A DNA stretch of 64,000 bases from Cenococcum geophilum (taxonomy: Eukaryota). The stretch is from contig CP158635.1 of the NCBI GenBank assembly GCA_050273025.1, forward strand, positions 9,548,001 through 9,612,000. Direction: 5' to 3'. Each line of letters opens with the position of its first letter. The first letter of the stretch is position 1. The position numbers and the translations under genes were made by a program. This document shows, piece after piece, positions 62,561 through 64,000 of the stretch. Under the pieces are notes generated by a model. The model was not told the origin of the DNA. It did no database searches and was given only the letters and a program-made list of their open reading frames with translations.

Positions 62561-64000
62561 TATATTAAGGTAGCAATTTATAATACTGCTAAGAATGCGG
62601 CTGCTCCCTTATAGGTTACCTGTGTAATATACTTATTCTAGTTTAGTCTAAAGTCTACCTAGACCTTTAGGATCTTAAGGGTAGCTTCTAGTTTTGCTTT
62701 GCAGCCCTAGATGTTTACTATTAAGGCTAAGTTATTACTTGCCTTTCTTTTTATTATAAAGTGGATAAGTTAGTATTTGTCTAGTGCGAATTTAGTACTA
62801 TATTATTTTATCTATGCGATATATCTGTTATATGCCTAGTTTAGCCTAGTGCAGTTTTCTACTACTATGTTTCCCTATATAATTAAGTTTATATCATCTA
62901 TAAATCCTAGGGCTATTATATCCTAGCTATTATTAAATATCTTTAGTAGTTTAGATATAAAGAAGAGGAATAGGATTAATAAGAGGGGTAATCCCTATTG
63001 GATACCTGTGGGTATTAGTATTAATTTGTTTTTATATCCCTTAATTATAATTTTTATAATACGCCCTATTAGGAATACTTAGACAAACTTAATTATTTAG
63101 TCTAGTAGGCCCTTACTTCTTAAGATTTATGGGAGTCTCTTATATAATATGTTATTAAAGGCTCCGCTTAGGTCTAGGCTTAGTATAGATATAGTATATC
63201 CTAAGTAAGCTTACTATACCACTTAGACACTATAGGTAATTAGAAAGAGGGCTAAGAGGGTTAATTGTTTCTTCCTTGCGCCTATTTATATCTACAGTAG
63301 TAACTTCTATACTTCCGCCGCTTCTTATATACGTTTTATAACTATCTTTTTTAGAAACTTACCTAAGGCATTTTTTAGGGTAATTAGGCAGTAACTTCCC
63401 AGAAGGGAGTAGTTTTTTTCTTTACCTTTTATAGGATAACCGTAGATATTACTTTAAAGTATTTGGGTAGTTCGCCTCTCTAGAGGCAGGCGGATGTGGC
63501 CTTAGGAAGTAGTATTACTATTACTTTTACTATAGCTTTAATTACCTTATTTAGGATCTTATCTAGCCCTCGCGCTTTACTAATAGGGAGCTTTTATATA
63601 GTGTCCTTTATTTCTTTTACTAATATTATATGGCTTATTTTAATAGGTAAGGGGAGGGATTAACTACTAATGTCCTATAGGTCTACTTAGCCCATGCCTA
63701 GGAAGAACCTTTCTGCTAGTATTTTGATTTTTCCCTTATTATTATTTATATACTAGTCCTAATCTATTTAGCGAAGTGTGGGTAAATGGGGGTCCCCTAG
63801 CGTCTCTTTAGCGACTTATCTGCTCCATTTTAATATATACTAAAGTCCCTTATTTTATGGTTTAGTAGTATTTAAAGTAATTTTTTTTAGGAATTGGCGC
63901 TAGTTATTTCTACTCTCTTTCCGTATTATCTTCTTAAGCCTATTCTTTAAGGCCTTATAGCTCTATTAGTGGTGGGCTTTACCTATTACACCATACTATC

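Larger units (their letters stand above)
54656..64000 (-). mobile_element. Tad1-type LINE on minus strand (3' tail at ~54656-54670; RT ~62660-63600), interrupted by a Gypsy and a foldback element; continues beyond window
   Basis: It has an (AAT)n tail and the conserved 3' UTR layout. The minus frame has LLGSYCLITLKNALGKFL (~63355-63410) and GFIDD (~62893-62907). Confidence 0.9.

Noticed and set aside
1..64000. Alternative genetic code (TAA/TAG read-through) to explain stop-rich frames; telomere repeats; tRNA/rRNA
   Set aside because: The stops fall at Gln/Trp/Arg codons, vary between copies and co-occur with other C>T/G>A changes, which indicates RIP. No (TTAGGG)n arrays or RNA gene structures were seen.

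Overview
This window is a gene-free cluster of nested transposable elements from a filamentous ascomycete, heavily degraded by RIP. TpA is abundant, CpA/TpG are depleted, and reading frames are full of TAA/TAG stops. It contains five complete or near-complete Ty3/Gypsy chromoviruses with paired LTRs and 5-bp TSDs, plus truncated ones. It also has two Ty1/Copia elements (one GalEa-like), five Tad1-type LINE copies or 3' ends (one full-length with a 14-bp TSD), solo LTRs, and several MITE/foldback elements. No intact host gene, RNA gene or CRISPR array is visible, and the supplied ORFs are TE fragments or chance frames. The top observation concerns the Gypsy family with 421-bp LTRs (16847-28066 and 44522-52511). 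Between pol and the 3' LTR it carries an antisense, apparently intron-containing gene whose de-RIPed product is a Zn(II)2Cys6-like cluster plus a coiled coil. The same family has extra Cys/His repeats in its gag extension. Other notable items are a 260-bp TG..CA palindrome inserted with a 5-bp TSD, cis-modules shared between unrelated retroelement families, and MCB-box arrays in a Copia LTR. All translations and alignments were done by eye, and de-RIPed residues are inferences.
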